This document shows, piece after piece, positions 29,937 through 39,945 of a DNA stretch of 64,000 nt. Where the stretch lies: NCBI GenBank assembly GCA_002773945.1, contig PEZT01000010.1:4028-68027 (forward strand). Reading direction: 5' to 3'. Within the stretch, counting starts at the first letter, position 1, and each line of letters starts with the position of its first letter. The notes beneath the pieces are model-generated. The model saw only the letters and a program-made list of their open reading frames with translations, was not told the DNA's origin and did not search any database. This DNA comes from Candidatus Beckwithbacteria bacterium CG10_big_fil_rev_8_21_14_0_10_34_10 (GTDB taxonomy: Bacteria > Patescibacteriota > Microgenomatia > UBA1400). Position numbers and translations under genes: made by a program.

Positions 29937-31596
29937 ATTTTTTTATTCCCAAGCTAATAAAAACTATTAAAGTCAGGAATGATACTAAGTTGCTAACTAA
30001 TCTTAACTTTGTCTCTTTAAAAATTAACTCGACTAAATGATCTCCTTGGGTTAATTTTATCTTTATTCTACCATCATCTTGATAAGAAATCTCAGTTTTT
30101 TTACCATCAATAAACAATTGCCAACCCGGATAATATGCCAGCTTAGTGATAATCTCCGCCTTTTCAGACTCAACCTGACTCTTAAATTTAAAAAAATTAG
30201 ATTTTCTTTCTAAAAGATTATTGTGACTTTCCCCGCTTTCAGGATTAAGCTGGTCTTTCATTTTTTCATTGTTAGTATAGTTAAACCCCCTGGGAGCATA
30301 ATCATTATGTTCACTACTTGTTTCTTCACTCTGCCAATACTCAGAATCAGGAAAATAAGTATACTGATTCACTTTTAAGTGATTCCTGTTCCCATAAAAA
30401 GCTAAAACAAAAATAAAACCAATCAGTCCCCACTTAAAAAAATTATTTTTTAACCCAACCGCCAGGCTGCCAAACAAAATACTGGCGCAAAAAACCGCTA
30501 CCCCTAAAAACCGCCAAGGTATATCGACCATTAAAAACCTATTAATATAAACATAAAGCCAATTGGAATTAGCCAGCATTAAATAAATAGAAAAAAAGAA
30601 AGTTAAAAGAAAAAAAATTATTTTTGAATAAACTACTTTAATAATTTTTTTATTAAATTTAGTAAAAGTAAAAAATAACAAAAGCAAGCTTGTTAAAACA
30701 ACCAGCCACTGGGCAATTCCTACTTGAAAAGACATCATGTCATCTTTCACTCCAGGCATAGAAAAACCATAGCCCCATTTAGAATAAAGCAGTTGTTTTA
30801 AAGTCACAAAATGGGCTTGATAATAACCACCCAGGCCGCCAAAAACATCAGCCACAATCGTATTCTTTCTTTCTAAAGCGGCAGGAAGCCAATAATAAGT
30901 AGTTAAAAGGAGACTTATTAAGCCTGATAAAAAACTAGAAATAAGGTATTTTATCCGCTCTTTGGTTTTAACTAAGTTAAAACCAAACCAGCTAATTAAA
31001 GGAATTAACCATAAAAACAAAGTAATCGCATGAGAAAGAATTACTCCCGCTAAAGAAAAGGCAGTTAAGTTTAACCAAAAGAATTTCTTTTTTGAATTTT
31101 TTCTTAAATTTAATAAACCTAAAAAAACTAAAGGGATAAAGACAAAAGTAACTGCTTCTCCTAAAGCCGCCCTAACAAAAATATTAAGAAATCTGTATGG
31201 CGCCCAAAGATATAAAAATCCACTTAAGAACCCAGCTAACTTTGATGACCAAAGCTTTTTACTAAACCAATACATACTTAAACCAGAGGCAAGATAAGTA
31301 ATAATAAAAACAAACTTTATTGCCCCTCCAAGATTTCCACTAACAAGATACCAACCCTCAGCCAGCCAAAAGGGCAATCTATAGGTAAAAACAAAAAGGG
31401 GATAACCAAATCCAGCCAACGCATTTCCAGCCCATCTTACTGGTAACTGGCCATCAAGTAAACCTTGATGGAAATGTTTTAACCTAATTATTTGATGCCG
31501 ACCGTCATGGCTGGTATAAAAACCCGAATGAAATAAGGATTTTATTCCTAGTAATCCCAAGAGCAACAAAATAACAATATAAATTTTACCTTTCAT
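29917..31596 (-). CDS. 'PTPS-related'/YfhO-like GT-C membrane protein (paralog 2 of 3)
   Basis: SHDG.HQIIR, PVRW, GYPLF, FVRAALGE, PWRFL, YYPGW..FIDGK. Start taken at ATG 31596 (track gives 31647). Confidence 0.82.
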   Translation of the reverse strand: MKGKIYIVILLLLGLLGIKSLFHSGFYTSHDGRHQIIRLKHFHQGLLDGQLPVRWAGNALAGFGYPLFVFTYRLPFWLAEGWYLVSGNLGGAIKFVFIITYLASGLSMYWFSKKLWSSKLAGFLSGFLYLWAPYRFLNIFVRAALGEAVTFVFIPLVFLGLLNLRKNSKKKFFWLNLTAFSLAGVILSHAITLFLWLIPLISWFGFNLVKTKERIKYLISSFLSGLISLLLTTYYWLPAALERKNTIVADVFGGLGGYYQAHFVTLKQLLYSKWGYGFSMPGVKDDMMSFQVGIAQWLVVLTSLLLLFFTFTKFNKKIIKVVYSKIIFFLLTFFFSIYLMLANSNWLYVYINRFLMVDIPWRFLGVAVFCASILFGSLAVGLKNNFFKWGLIGFIFVLAFYGNRNHLKVNQYTYFPDSEYWQSEETSSEHNDYAPRGFNYTNNEKMKDQLNPESGESHNNLLERKSNFFKFKSQVESEKAEIITKLAYYPGWQLFIDGKKTEISYQDDGRIKIKLTQGDHLVELIFKETKLRLVSNLVSFLTLIVFISLGIKKYARIKR

Positions 31597-31633
31597 AAAA
31601 ACCAATTTGTTTAAAAGTTTAAAAATATTTTTA

Positions 31634-33331
31634 TTAGAAATTAGCACTCAAGGTATAATAAACTTCATTATTAAACTTACTCTTTATTTTAGTAATGACT
31701 CTCTTGTCTAAGGTTTTATCTCCTTTTAAAACATATATCTGCTTTAATTTATCGTTTGGCAGGGGATTATCAACAAAAATATATTTATCAAACTTCTCTA
31801 CCCATTCTAATCCAACCGGATAGCCTGAATATCTTTTTACTTCTTGACTGAATTCTAACGGTGGATATGCCCGGTAAAAAAGCAAATAAGCATAAGCCCC
31901 ATCAGAAGAGATATTAAAAACAATCTCTTCTGCCTCGGTTTCATATCCCTTAAGATAAACCAAAGCTTCTTTTAATCCCGGCTGAAGCTCCGATGGTGGG
32001 TTTTTCCGGTAGTCAATAAAATAGGATTTAGTGAACTGAAAAAAGTTTACCAATAAAACAAACAGCGCTATATAGCCTAAAAATTTAACTTTTCTAAGCA
32101 AAAAGGTTAAGCCTAGGGCAGACAAAAAAATCAAAATTAAAAACATATTTAAAAGTCTAGTGGCATGGGGAGCATCAACAGTCAAAGCTGAAGCTATGGG
32201 AGTCAGAATAAAAAACACCGTCAGAAAAAATTTATTTTCTTTTTTAATCTCCTTGCTTTTTATAAATAACATTAATCCAACCAAGGATAGAAAACCAAGA
32301 ATGAGATAAAAATGAGGCGTTTGGGGAATTTTATGCCAGGGGTGAGTCCCTCCCCCACCAAAAAGAAAATTAGGTGAAAAAGATTTCAAATAATTTTGTA
32401 AAAATATTTTTCCGTAAGCAAGATATTGGTTATAAAAAAGCTTTGCTTTTAAAGAACTTTCAGCCGCCATTTTTAATTGCTTATCATATATATTTAAAGC
32501 AATCTGGGGGTCTCCAAAAATAGTGACTCTCTTTTTCTGCTTGCTAACAGCACTTTGACTTAAAAGAACTAACCCGAAAACAATAAGAATAACTATTAAA
32601 CCAATAATTTGTTTACCAAAGAATCCTTTTTTCTTTTGAAAAAAGTTTATTAAAATAAAAAATCCCCAGGCAATAACAAAGATAGGCCAGATAACTAAAG
32701 AACTTGAATAGGTAAAAAAAGTTAATAAGAAAAAAAGAATAATTAATAAATTTATTTTTCTAAAGCGGTTCTTTACCAGTAAAAAAAGAATTAGAACATT
32801 AAAAAACAAGGCTAAAATGGCTTCAAATGAAAAGCGGGAAAAGAAAATATGCCAAGGAGAAATAGCCAGAAGAAAACTAGCCATTAAGCCGGTTAGTTTC
32901 CCCAACCTAAAACTTTTTTCTGATGACTTAAATAATTCTTTTGTCAGAAAATAAACCATCAAGACCGTTAATCCACCAGTAAAAGCAGCCCAGAAACGAA
33001 CACTAAATTCATTAAGGCCGAAAACAGCAATCGCCATACTGGTAAAATAAATATAAAGAGGTGACTTGTAATCCCCAAATGATTTAAAGCTTAAAGGAAA
33101 CCTTTTCCCCCACTCATCTCTCCCCGTCTTTAAAATACTGTAAGCATTATAGCCGATGGCTGGCTCATCTCTATTAAAAGAAGCTGGAACACTACCTAGG
33201 TTGTAAAAACGAACTATAAATCCTAAAGTAAAAATAAACAATAAAATAAGATCAGTTTTTTTAAACCTTTTTAAAATGAATCCTCTTAAAGCGGTTCCAA
33301 AAGCTTTTAATTTAATTAGTAATTTTTCCAT
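31634..33331 (-). CDS. GT39/PMT-ArnT-like GT-C glycosyltransferase (tandem paralog 5)
   Basis: RDEPAIGYNAYSILKTGRDEWG, FGDYKSP, GLNEFSVR, SPWH..FSR, PHATR. Confidence 0.87.
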   Translation of the reverse strand: MEKLLIKLKAFGTALRGFILKRFKKTDLILLFIFTLGFIVRFYNLGSVPASFNRDEPAIGYNAYSILKTGRDEWGKRFPLSFKSFGDYKSPLYIYFTSMAIAVFGLNEFSVRFWAAFTGGLTVLMVYFLTKELFKSSEKSFRLGKLTGLMASFLLAISPWHIFFSRFSFEAILALFFNVLILFLLVKNRFRKINLLIILFFLLTFFTYSSSLVIWPIFVIAWGFFILINFFQKKKGFFGKQIIGLIVILIVFGLVLLSQSAVSKQKKRVTIFGDPQIALNIYDKQLKMAAESSLKAKLFYNQYLAYGKIFLQNYLKSFSPNFLFGGGGTHPWHKIPQTPHFYLILGFLSLVGLMLFIKSKEIKKENKFFLTVFFILTPIASALTVDAPHATRLLNMFLILIFLSALGLTFLLRKVKFLGYIALFVLLVNFFQFTKSYFIDYRKNPPSELQPGLKEALVYLKGYETEAEEIVFNISSDGAYAYLLFYRAYPPLEFSQEVKRYSGYPVGLEWVEKFDKYIFVDNPLPNDKLKQIYVLKGDKTLDKRVITKIKSKFNNEVYYTLSANF

Positions 33332-34992
33332 GAGACAAATGTTTCCATATTTTTTATTTGGCTCCCTTTATAAATTTCTTTTCTGGTACCAATCAATAAA
33401 ACATTCTCAATCTCTTTATCTTTTTCAAAATTTATTGGCCTAAATTCTATTTTACCAACTTCTTTAGTTTCTGAGTAATTCAAAGGCTGATTAGCTAAAA
33501 TCTCTTGCCTTTGATTCTGAAATTCCTCTAGAGAATAATTAGAGTATAAAAGGTAATATAAATAGGGCCGGGCATAAAAATCAGTAAAAACCACTTTCTC
33601 TGCCCTTTTATAATTTTGATTAAGAAAATCAATTGCTTCTCTATAGCCTCCCTGCCAAGCAATAAATGAACGGCTAGAATAATGAACATAGTAATCGTGA
33701 AGATAAAAGAAAAACTGGAAAAATAATAAACAGGAGCCAGCTATTAGAAATATTTTTCTATTTTTAACCACTTTAATTAATTGAAATAATCCAAAACCAC
33801 TAATTATATTTATAAATAAAACTCCATTTAAAGACCTCAAGGCATGAGGAATTTCATAAGGAACACAAGCTGGCAAAAAAGAAACTAATAAAGCTAAGTT
33901 TAAATAAATAAAAAGCTTTTTACTTTTTAAAAACAAATAATATTCTCCATAAATAAAACCTAAAAATGCAATTAGAAACAAAACTCCTACCCTGCCAGAA
34001 GAATGGCGGAGATTAGAATCGCCGGAAAGCAATAGAAACTGTCCAGAAAAATGATCAAAAAAGTGAATTCCTAATTGCTTTCCCTGATACAAAAAACGAT
34101 GATGAATTTTTTTGGCTAAAAAAGAACTACCGTCTTCCTGAATTAATCTATTAGAATATTGAATTAAAAGAATATCTGAAAGAATATTTTTAGTACTTAA
34201 TCTGAATTGGTCTGCTTTAGCGGCCAAAGAAGTATTTTTTAAAGACAGAAAAGACAAATATACTACCATTAAGATAAAAAGAAAAATAGCAATATTTTTA
34301 AAAGATTTTTTCCAAAAGACAAAAAAAGTTAAAACCAGTAGAATTGGTAAAACAATTCTGGCTGAGTAATAAGTATAAATTCCAAAAATAGCAAAAATGG
34401 CTGTTAATCCCAGTAAACCCTTTTTATTTCTCGCTTTTAGAAAAAACAGTAAAGCCAAACTATTAAAAAGCAAGGCTAAATTTCCTTCAAAAGCAGCTCT
34501 GGAAAACTGTAAATGCCAAGGACTAATGGCAAGTAGTAATGAAGCTATTAATGATAAGTATTTAGAATTTAGGCTTGAATATTTAATTTTATCTTTATTA
34601 ATATTTTTATTCTTAAATAGTTCTTGGGTAAGAAAGTAAACTACTAAAACTGTTAAAGTTCCGGCTAAAACTGAAGGAAGACGAATAGCTATCTCCGGAC
34701 TAGTCTTAATCAGTTTAAAAAATGGGACGGCCATTAAAATATAACCAGGCAGTTTATAATCACCCCAAGAAGGATAAATTGGCTGCCACCATGAATTTCC
34801 ATGATGATCTTTACCCGTTAAACTAATTGATTTAGCGTCTAAAGCCATGGCCGCTTCATCCCAATATAATCCAGGAGGTATTTGATTAACTTTATAAACC
34901 CTTAAAATAAAGGCTAATAAAATTACTAGGAATAATAATATTTTATTATTTACTCTTAATTTTAAGTATTTATTTTTAAATTTAAATTTCAT
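33316..34992 (-). CDS. GT39/PMT-ArnT-like GT-C glycosyltransferase (tandem paralog 4)
   Basis: WDEAAMALDAKSISLTGKDHHG, WGDYKLP, SPWHLQFSRAAFE, GD.N.RHS, PHALR. Confidence 0.87.
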   Translation of the reverse strand: MKFKFKNKYLKLRVNNKILLFLVILLAFILRVYKVNQIPPGLYWDEAAMALDAKSISLTGKDHHGNSWWQPIYPSWGDYKLPGYILMAVPFFKLIKTSPEIAIRLPSVLAGTLTVLVVYFLTQELFKNKNINKDKIKYSSLNSKYLSLIASLLLAISPWHLQFSRAAFEGNLALLFNSLALLFFLKARNKKGLLGLTAIFAIFGIYTYYSARIVLPILLVLTFFVFWKKSFKNIAIFLFILMVVYLSFLSLKNTSLAAKADQFRLSTKNILSDILLIQYSNRLIQEDGSSFLAKKIHHRFLYQGKQLGIHFFDHFSGQFLLLSGDSNLRHSSGRVGVLFLIAFLGFIYGEYYLFLKSKKLFIYLNLALLVSFLPACVPYEIPHALRSLNGVLFINIISGFGLFQLIKVVKNRKIFLIAGSCLLFFQFFFYLHDYYVHYSSRSFIAWQGGYREAIDFLNQNYKRAEKVVFTDFYARPYLYYLLYSNYSLEEFQNQRQEILANQPLNYSETKEVGKIEFRPINFEKDKEIENVLLIGTRKEIYKGSQIKNMETFVSWKNY

Positions 34993-36695
34993 TGTTCTCT
35001 TATTTCAAAAGCAACATTTTCATCTAAAAAATTAATTGTTTTCAAAAGTCTTCCGGCTGGTATTTCTCCAGCTGATCCCACCATTAGATTCTTTGACCCT
35101 TCTTTTTTTAGACTATCTTCTTCTAAATTAAAAAATACTTTACCTAATCTTGGAATATCAGGTGTTGACTTATATGGTTCAACCAAATCTTGAGCTTTTA
35201 ATGGATCCATTTGAGTGTAAAAAAGATAGTACATATAAGCCCTGCCATAAGCATTAGTTAAATAAATGCTTTCATATTTATTCTCATTTTCCTTAATAAA
35301 GCCGACCGCCTCTTTTAAACCGTATTGCCAATAAGCTGAATAAAGCTTGGGATAATGATGGTAATAAAAATGAAGGTAAAATATAAATTCTATTAAAATT
35401 ATAAAACCAACGGTTAAAAACAATGGTTTTTTATTTATTAACCGTTTTCTTATATAAATAGGAGACTTACTTATAGCAGTAAATAACCCAACTAAGCCCA
35501 AGCTGGAAATAATCATAAAAATTGGAAGGGAAAAAATTGTTCTTAAACTATGAGGGGCGGCTTTAGTAATCGCTCCCGGAACTGGCCCAATTAATAACCA
35601 AGCTAAGATAAGCTGAGCTTGTTTTCTCTTGAAATTCTTTAAAAGAAAAACTACCCCTAAAATTAAAGTAACTATTTCCCAATGATAAAGCTGGCCAAAT
35701 TCTTGGATAGAATGACGAGGGTTTATATCTCCAGACAAAAATAGAAAAGAACCGGAAAAATGGGTAAAGTATTGGTTTAAAAACAAACGGCTATATTCCC
35801 AAAAACGATGATGGATGACTTTTGCCATTACTCCACTCCTATCTTTCTCTATTTTTTTATTTGATTCTAAAACTGGATCTAGGGTAGCAAAAACACTCGT
35901 CTCTTGAAAACGCTGCTGAACCTGGCCGCTTTTTAATGAACTTATTAAAGGAAAAGATAAAACCAAACCTAAAGCTAAAGCCATAATTAAAATTATTTTT
36001 TTTATCTTTAAAGTTCTTTTAAGAAAAACAAAAGTTAAAATCAGAACCAATAAAAAGCTAAAAACCCTCGCTCCGTGATAAGCATATAAAGAAAGACCAA
36101 AACAACCAGCTGAAAATATTAATAAATAGTTCTTTTTAAATGACTTTAGAAAAAGAAAGGCTCCAGTAGAGGTTAAAAACAAGGCTAGATTAGCTTCAAA
36201 AGCCGCTCTGGAAAACTGTAAATGCCAAGGACTTATCGCCAATAATAAGACAGCTATTAGAGGTAAATATTTAAAATTTAAAATTGAATATTTTGAATAT
36301 CTATTTTTATCTTTATAAATATCTATATTTTTACTTTTAAATAGCTCTTTTGTAAGAAAGTAAACCACTAGAACTGTTAGAGTACCAAAGAGGGCTGAGG
36401 GAAAGCGAACGCTAAATTCATTTAAACCAAAGACCGCGATTGAAGGAATTAAAGTATAAACATATAAAGGCGGTTTAAAATCCATAAAAGACTCCAAATA
36501 AACAATTGGCCAGGAGTTTCCCCGATGATCTCTACCTGTTTTTAAAAGTGAATAAGCATCATAACCTAAAGCGGCTTCTTCCCAATATAAAGAAGATGGG
36601 AACTGACTGAGTTTATAAAAACGCAAGAAAACAGCCAATAAAAGCACTAATCCTAAAACCAACCAAACCAAACGACTGTTTTTAATCTTTTTCAT
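34989..36695 (-). CDS. GT39/PMT-ArnT-like GT-C glycosyltransferase (tandem paralog 3)
   Basis: WEEAALGYDAYSLLKTGRDHRG, DFKPP, SPWHLQFSRAAFE, GDINPRHS, PHSLR, WQYG. Confidence 0.87.
   Translation of the reverse strand: MKKIKNSRLVWLVLGLVLLLAVFLRFYKLSQFPSSLYWEEAALGYDAYSLLKTGRDHRGNSWPIVYLESFMDFKPPLYVYTLIPSIAVFGLNEFSVRFPSALFGTLTVLVVYFLTKELFKSKNIDIYKDKNRYSKYSILNFKYLPLIAVLLLAISPWHLQFSRAAFEANLALFLTSTGAFLFLKSFKKNYLLIFSAGCFGLSLYAYHGARVFSFLLVLILTFVFLKRTLKIKKIILIMALALGLVLSFPLISSLKSGQVQQRFQETSVFATLDPVLESNKKIEKDRSGVMAKVIHHRFWEYSRLFLNQYFTHFSGSFLFLSGDINPRHSIQEFGQLYHWEIVTLILGVVFLLKNFKRKQAQLILAWLLIGPVPGAITKAAPHSLRTIFSLPIFMIISSLGLVGLFTAISKSPIYIRKRLINKKPLFLTVGFIILIEFIFYLHFYYHHYPKLYSAYWQYGLKEAVGFIKENENKYESIYLTNAYGRAYMYYLFYTQMDPLKAQDLVEPYKSTPDIPRLGKVFFNLEEDSLKKEGSKNLMVGSAGEIPAGRLLKTINFLDENVAFEIREQ
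36262..36340. repeat. degenerate 6-7-bp tandem AT-rich repeat encoding a loop insertion
   Basis: TTAAAAT TTAAAAT TGAATAT TTTGAATAT then CTATTT TTATCT TTATAA ATATCT ATATTT TTACTT; a related tract lies at about 34557-34617. Confidence 0.4.
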
Positions 36696-38358
36696 TTTCT
36701 GGCTTTAACATTAATCTAACCTGATCAATATCATAAATATTAAAAGCTCCTTCATTATTAGGATATGTTATTTTATCCATTGGCTTAGGAAACCCTTTTA
36801 CTGTTTGAGGATCAACCACTAGAAGAGACTTTTCTGGATAGTTTTTTAAACTCTCCACATTATCAATAAACTCAAACTTACCTAACTTTCTCACCCAAGC
36901 CCAGCCTCCATCTTCAACCTCAACATCTTTTTCTAAGGCAAAATATTCTGCCGGCTTAATCTTAAAGTAAAAAAGGTAGAAAATGTACTGCCGGGCGTCA
37001 TGATTAGCCCTGGAAATATAAATATGATTATAATTAGACTCAACTTCTTTTAAATATTGAAACAGGGGCTTATATTCATAATGACTATACCTTGCTTGCC
37101 TTAAAGGAAAGTAAGTAAAATAGCTAATCAAAAATTCAAATCCAAAAAAGCAGTAAACTAAAATTGGTAGAAGAATAAGAAAAGATAATTTAATTTTCTT
37201 AAGAAAATTAAAAAAATAGACCATTCCCAAGGCGATAAAAATTACTATTGGTAAGACTAAGGGAAAAGCTCTGGTAAAATTTCCCCTGCCCGTTAAAGCA
37301 CTCCCAAATGGGGAAATTAATAGTAAAAAATATAGTATTCTTTTTTTCTCGTTCCTGGCAGAAGCGATTATTCCAATAATAAAAAATAAAATACTAAAGG
37401 AATAGAAATAGGGATAATGGGGTAAAATTGAATAAGCTTTTTCAAAAGCGGGGAAAAATAAAAACTGCGGGCTTAAATGACTAGTGTAGTTAAACAATAA
37501 ATGTTTGGTCCAAAAAACAGGCTTATTAAAAAATAATCGGCAAAATGAAAAAGGGAACTTGGTTAAACAGGCTCCTCTAAATTCATTTAGCTCATCAACA
37601 ATTCCTGTATTTGAAAAAAGACTTAATTGGTAAAACCTTACCAAAAACTTTCCCTGAGTAAAAATAAAGAGAAAAATAGCCGAAATAATTGAAGCTAAAA
37701 ATATCTTAACCGCTAATTTCTTTCTCTGTTTTCTTTCCCTATTAATAAAATAAAGATAAATAAAGGTTAAAGGAAGTAAAATTCTGTAACTATGATATGA
37801 AAAAAAACAAATAAGAGCAATAATTAAACCAAAAAAAAGATAAGCCTTTTTTAACTTGTTCTCTAAAAATAATTTAAAAAAATATAAAGCACCGATAAAG
37901 AAAAATAAACCAATATTAACTTCAGAGGCAGTCCGACTTAAACCAATATGCCAGGGATTAAAGACCAATATAAGTGAAGACAATAAAGCAACTGAATGCT
38001 TTTGCTTCTCCTTATCCAAAAAAAGCAAAACAAAATAGTAAAGTAAAACAACAGTTAAACTCCCTAATAAAACAGAAATTATTTTAGTCCAAAATATTGA
38101 TAAAGGAAAAAACTTAAAAACAATACTTAAAAGATAAATATACACTGGCAACTTCCAATCTCCAAAAGACCTAAACTGAATTGGTAAAAAACTCCCCCAC
38201 TCATCTTTGCCAGTCTGAGAAATTAAATAAGCATTATAGCTTATCGCCGCTTCATCATCAGTTAAGCCAACTGGAACACTCTCCAAAAATAGAACTCTTA
38301 AGAAAAAAGCCACTATAAAAACTAGAAAAAGGATTAGTTTTTGTTTCTTATTAGTCAT
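36682..38358 (-). CDS. GT39/PMT-ArnT-like GT-C glycosyltransferase (tandem paralog 2)
   Basis: DDEAAISYNAYLISQTGKDEWG, FGDWKLP, NPWH..SR. Confidence 0.86.
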   Translation of the reverse strand: MTNKKQKLILFLVFIVAFFLRVLFLESVPVGLTDDEAAISYNAYLISQTGKDEWGSFLPIQFRSFGDWKLPVYIYLLSIVFKFFPLSIFWTKIISVLLGSLTVVLLYYFVLLFLDKEKQKHSVALLSSLILVFNPWHIGLSRTASEVNIGLFFFIGALYFFKLFLENKLKKAYLFFGLIIALICFFSYHSYRILLPLTFIYLYFINRERKQRKKLAVKIFLASIISAIFLFIFTQGKFLVRFYQLSLFSNTGIVDELNEFRGACLTKFPFSFCRLFFNKPVFWTKHLLFNYTSHLSPQFLFFPAFEKAYSILPHYPYFYSFSILFFIIGIIASARNEKKRILYFLLLISPFGSALTGRGNFTRAFPLVLPIVIFIALGMVYFFNFLKKIKLSFLILLPILVYCFFGFEFLISYFTYFPLRQARYSHYEYKPLFQYLKEVESNYNHIYISRANHDARQYIFYLFYFKIKPAEYFALEKDVEVEDGGWAWVRKLGKFEFIDNVESLKNYPEKSLLVVDPQTVKGFPKPMDKITYPNNEGAFNIYDIDQVRLMLKPENEKD

Positions 38359-38409
38359 TTTAAACTTTTTAATTTACATTTTATTAATATTTGTCTTTAT
38401 TTAAAATTA

Positions 38410-39945
38410 TTAGAGTTTAATAATCCTAAAAGATACTGAACCATCTGGAAAATATATCTCCTTCTCTATTTTAGCCCGTGGGGGAATAGATTCCAATGGA
38501 ACTTCTTTAGGAGTGGCAACCAGCAGGACTTTACTAAGGTTTTTATCTTTTTGCCAATTAATCTCTCTAAACTGATACTTGCCTAATTTCTCCTGCCAAA
38601 TCTCTAAAGGTTTTAACTTTTGATAAAACTGAATAAAAATATGAGGCTGACCATACTCTAAAGTAATAATAATCTTTTCCACTTCATTTTCTTTAGTTTC
38701 TACATATTGAACCATTTCTTTATAGCCATATTGCCAATCAGGGGCGGCATAAACCGGCAAACGAACATAATAGGAATATAAATAGTAGCCGATGTTTGTA
38801 ATATAAAAAAGAAAAAATAAAACATAAAAAACCTTCTTATATCTTTTACTTTCAAAAAAATTAAATAGCCTTTTTATTCCTAAACTAATAACAATCATTA
38901 AGGGGATTAATAAATTAGAAGCTCTCAAGCTATGAGGAGCCTCAATAGTAATTATGGCTGGTATTGGCGCTAGAAAAATCCAAGTTAATAATAATTTGGC
39001 CCACTTTTCTTTCTTTTGTTTAAGTAAAAACCAAAATCCAATTAATAAAAACGGGGCTTCAATAAAATAAAATAAGCCATTGCTTTTCATTTTATTGCGA
39101 AAATTGTCATTATTCCCAAAAAATAAAAATTGGGGGGAAAAGTGAACCAAATAACTTTTTCCAATTTCGCCTATTAACTTAAAATCAAATGGTTTTTTCC
39201 CACCTTCCTTAGTGTAAAAAATACCTGTGCTGGTAAATCTGGCCCCTGCTTCTCCGCCTAAATGGATTTTTAATAAAGGCAGGCTCAATAACAAGGCTAA
39301 AAAAAAGCTTAAGCTTAAATATCTTATATTCTCTTTTTTAAATATTTTATGCCAATAAATAATTCCTAAACCAACTAAAAAGAAAGGCAGAAAAAGTTTA
39401 GGGCTATGATAAGAATACATTGCCAGCATAAAACTTAAACTAGACAGAATAAAAAACATGGGTTTTTTTAAACCTTTTAAAAACATTAAAACCCCCGTTG
39501 TTACCCAGAAAAAAGCTAGATTTGGTTCAAAAGCAGGCCTGGAAAACTGAAGATGCCAGGGACTTATAGCCATTAAAAAACCAGTAATTAGGGAAATTTT
39601 ATTATTTTTAAATAACTCTTTTACTAATAAATAAACCACGATAGCTGTAAAAAAACTAATTAGAGCCGAAGGAAAACGAACCGCCCATTCATTTAAACCA
39701 AAAATGCCGACAAAAGGAACGGTCAAATAAACTAAAAGAGGCGATTTATAATCACCAAAAGACTTAAAAGCAAAGGGAAGCCTAAAACCAAACTCATCTT
39801 TTCCGGTTTTCCAAATGGAATAAGCATTGTAACCAATAGCAGTTTCATCCCAACTTAAGCTAGGAGGAACTTTATTTAAACGATAAAAGCGGAGAAAAAA
39901 AGCCAAAATTAAAATAACTAATAGAAAAATCTTTTCCTTTTTCAT
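38410..39945 (-). CDS. GT39/PMT-ArnT-like GT-C glycosyltransferase (tandem paralog 1)
   Basis: WDETAIGYNAYSIWKTGKDEFG, FGDYKSP, GLNEWAVR, SPWHLQFSR, PHSLR, WQYG. Confidence 0.87.
   Translation of the reverse strand: MKKEKIFLLVILILAFFLRFYRLNKVPPSLSWDETAIGYNAYSIWKTGKDEFGFRLPFAFKSFGDYKSPLLVYLTVPFVGIFGLNEWAVRFPSALISFFTAIVVYLLVKELFKNNKISLITGFLMAISPWHLQFSRPAFEPNLAFFWVTTGVLMFLKGLKKPMFFILSSLSFMLAMYSYHSPKLFLPFFLVGLGIIYWHKIFKKENIRYLSLSFFLALLLSLPLLKIHLGGEAGARFTSTGIFYTKEGGKKPFDFKLIGEIGKSYLVHFSPQFLFFGNNDNFRNKMKSNGLFYFIEAPFLLIGFWFLLKQKKEKWAKLLLTWIFLAPIPAIITIEAPHSLRASNLLIPLMIVISLGIKRLFNFFESKRYKKVFYVLFFLFYITNIGYYLYSYYVRLPVYAAPDWQYGYKEMVQYVETKENEVEKIIITLEYGQPHIFIQFYQKLKPLEIWQEKLGKYQFREINWQKDKNLSKVLLVATPKEVPLESIPPRAKIEKEIYFPDGSVSFRIIKL

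Noticed and set aside
21095-30519. 22-nt exact repeat ctacccctaaaaaccgccaagg at 21095-21116 and 30498-30519
   Set aside because: It encodes the conserved PWRFLGV motif of two paralogs; not a mobile-element end or CRISPR repeat.
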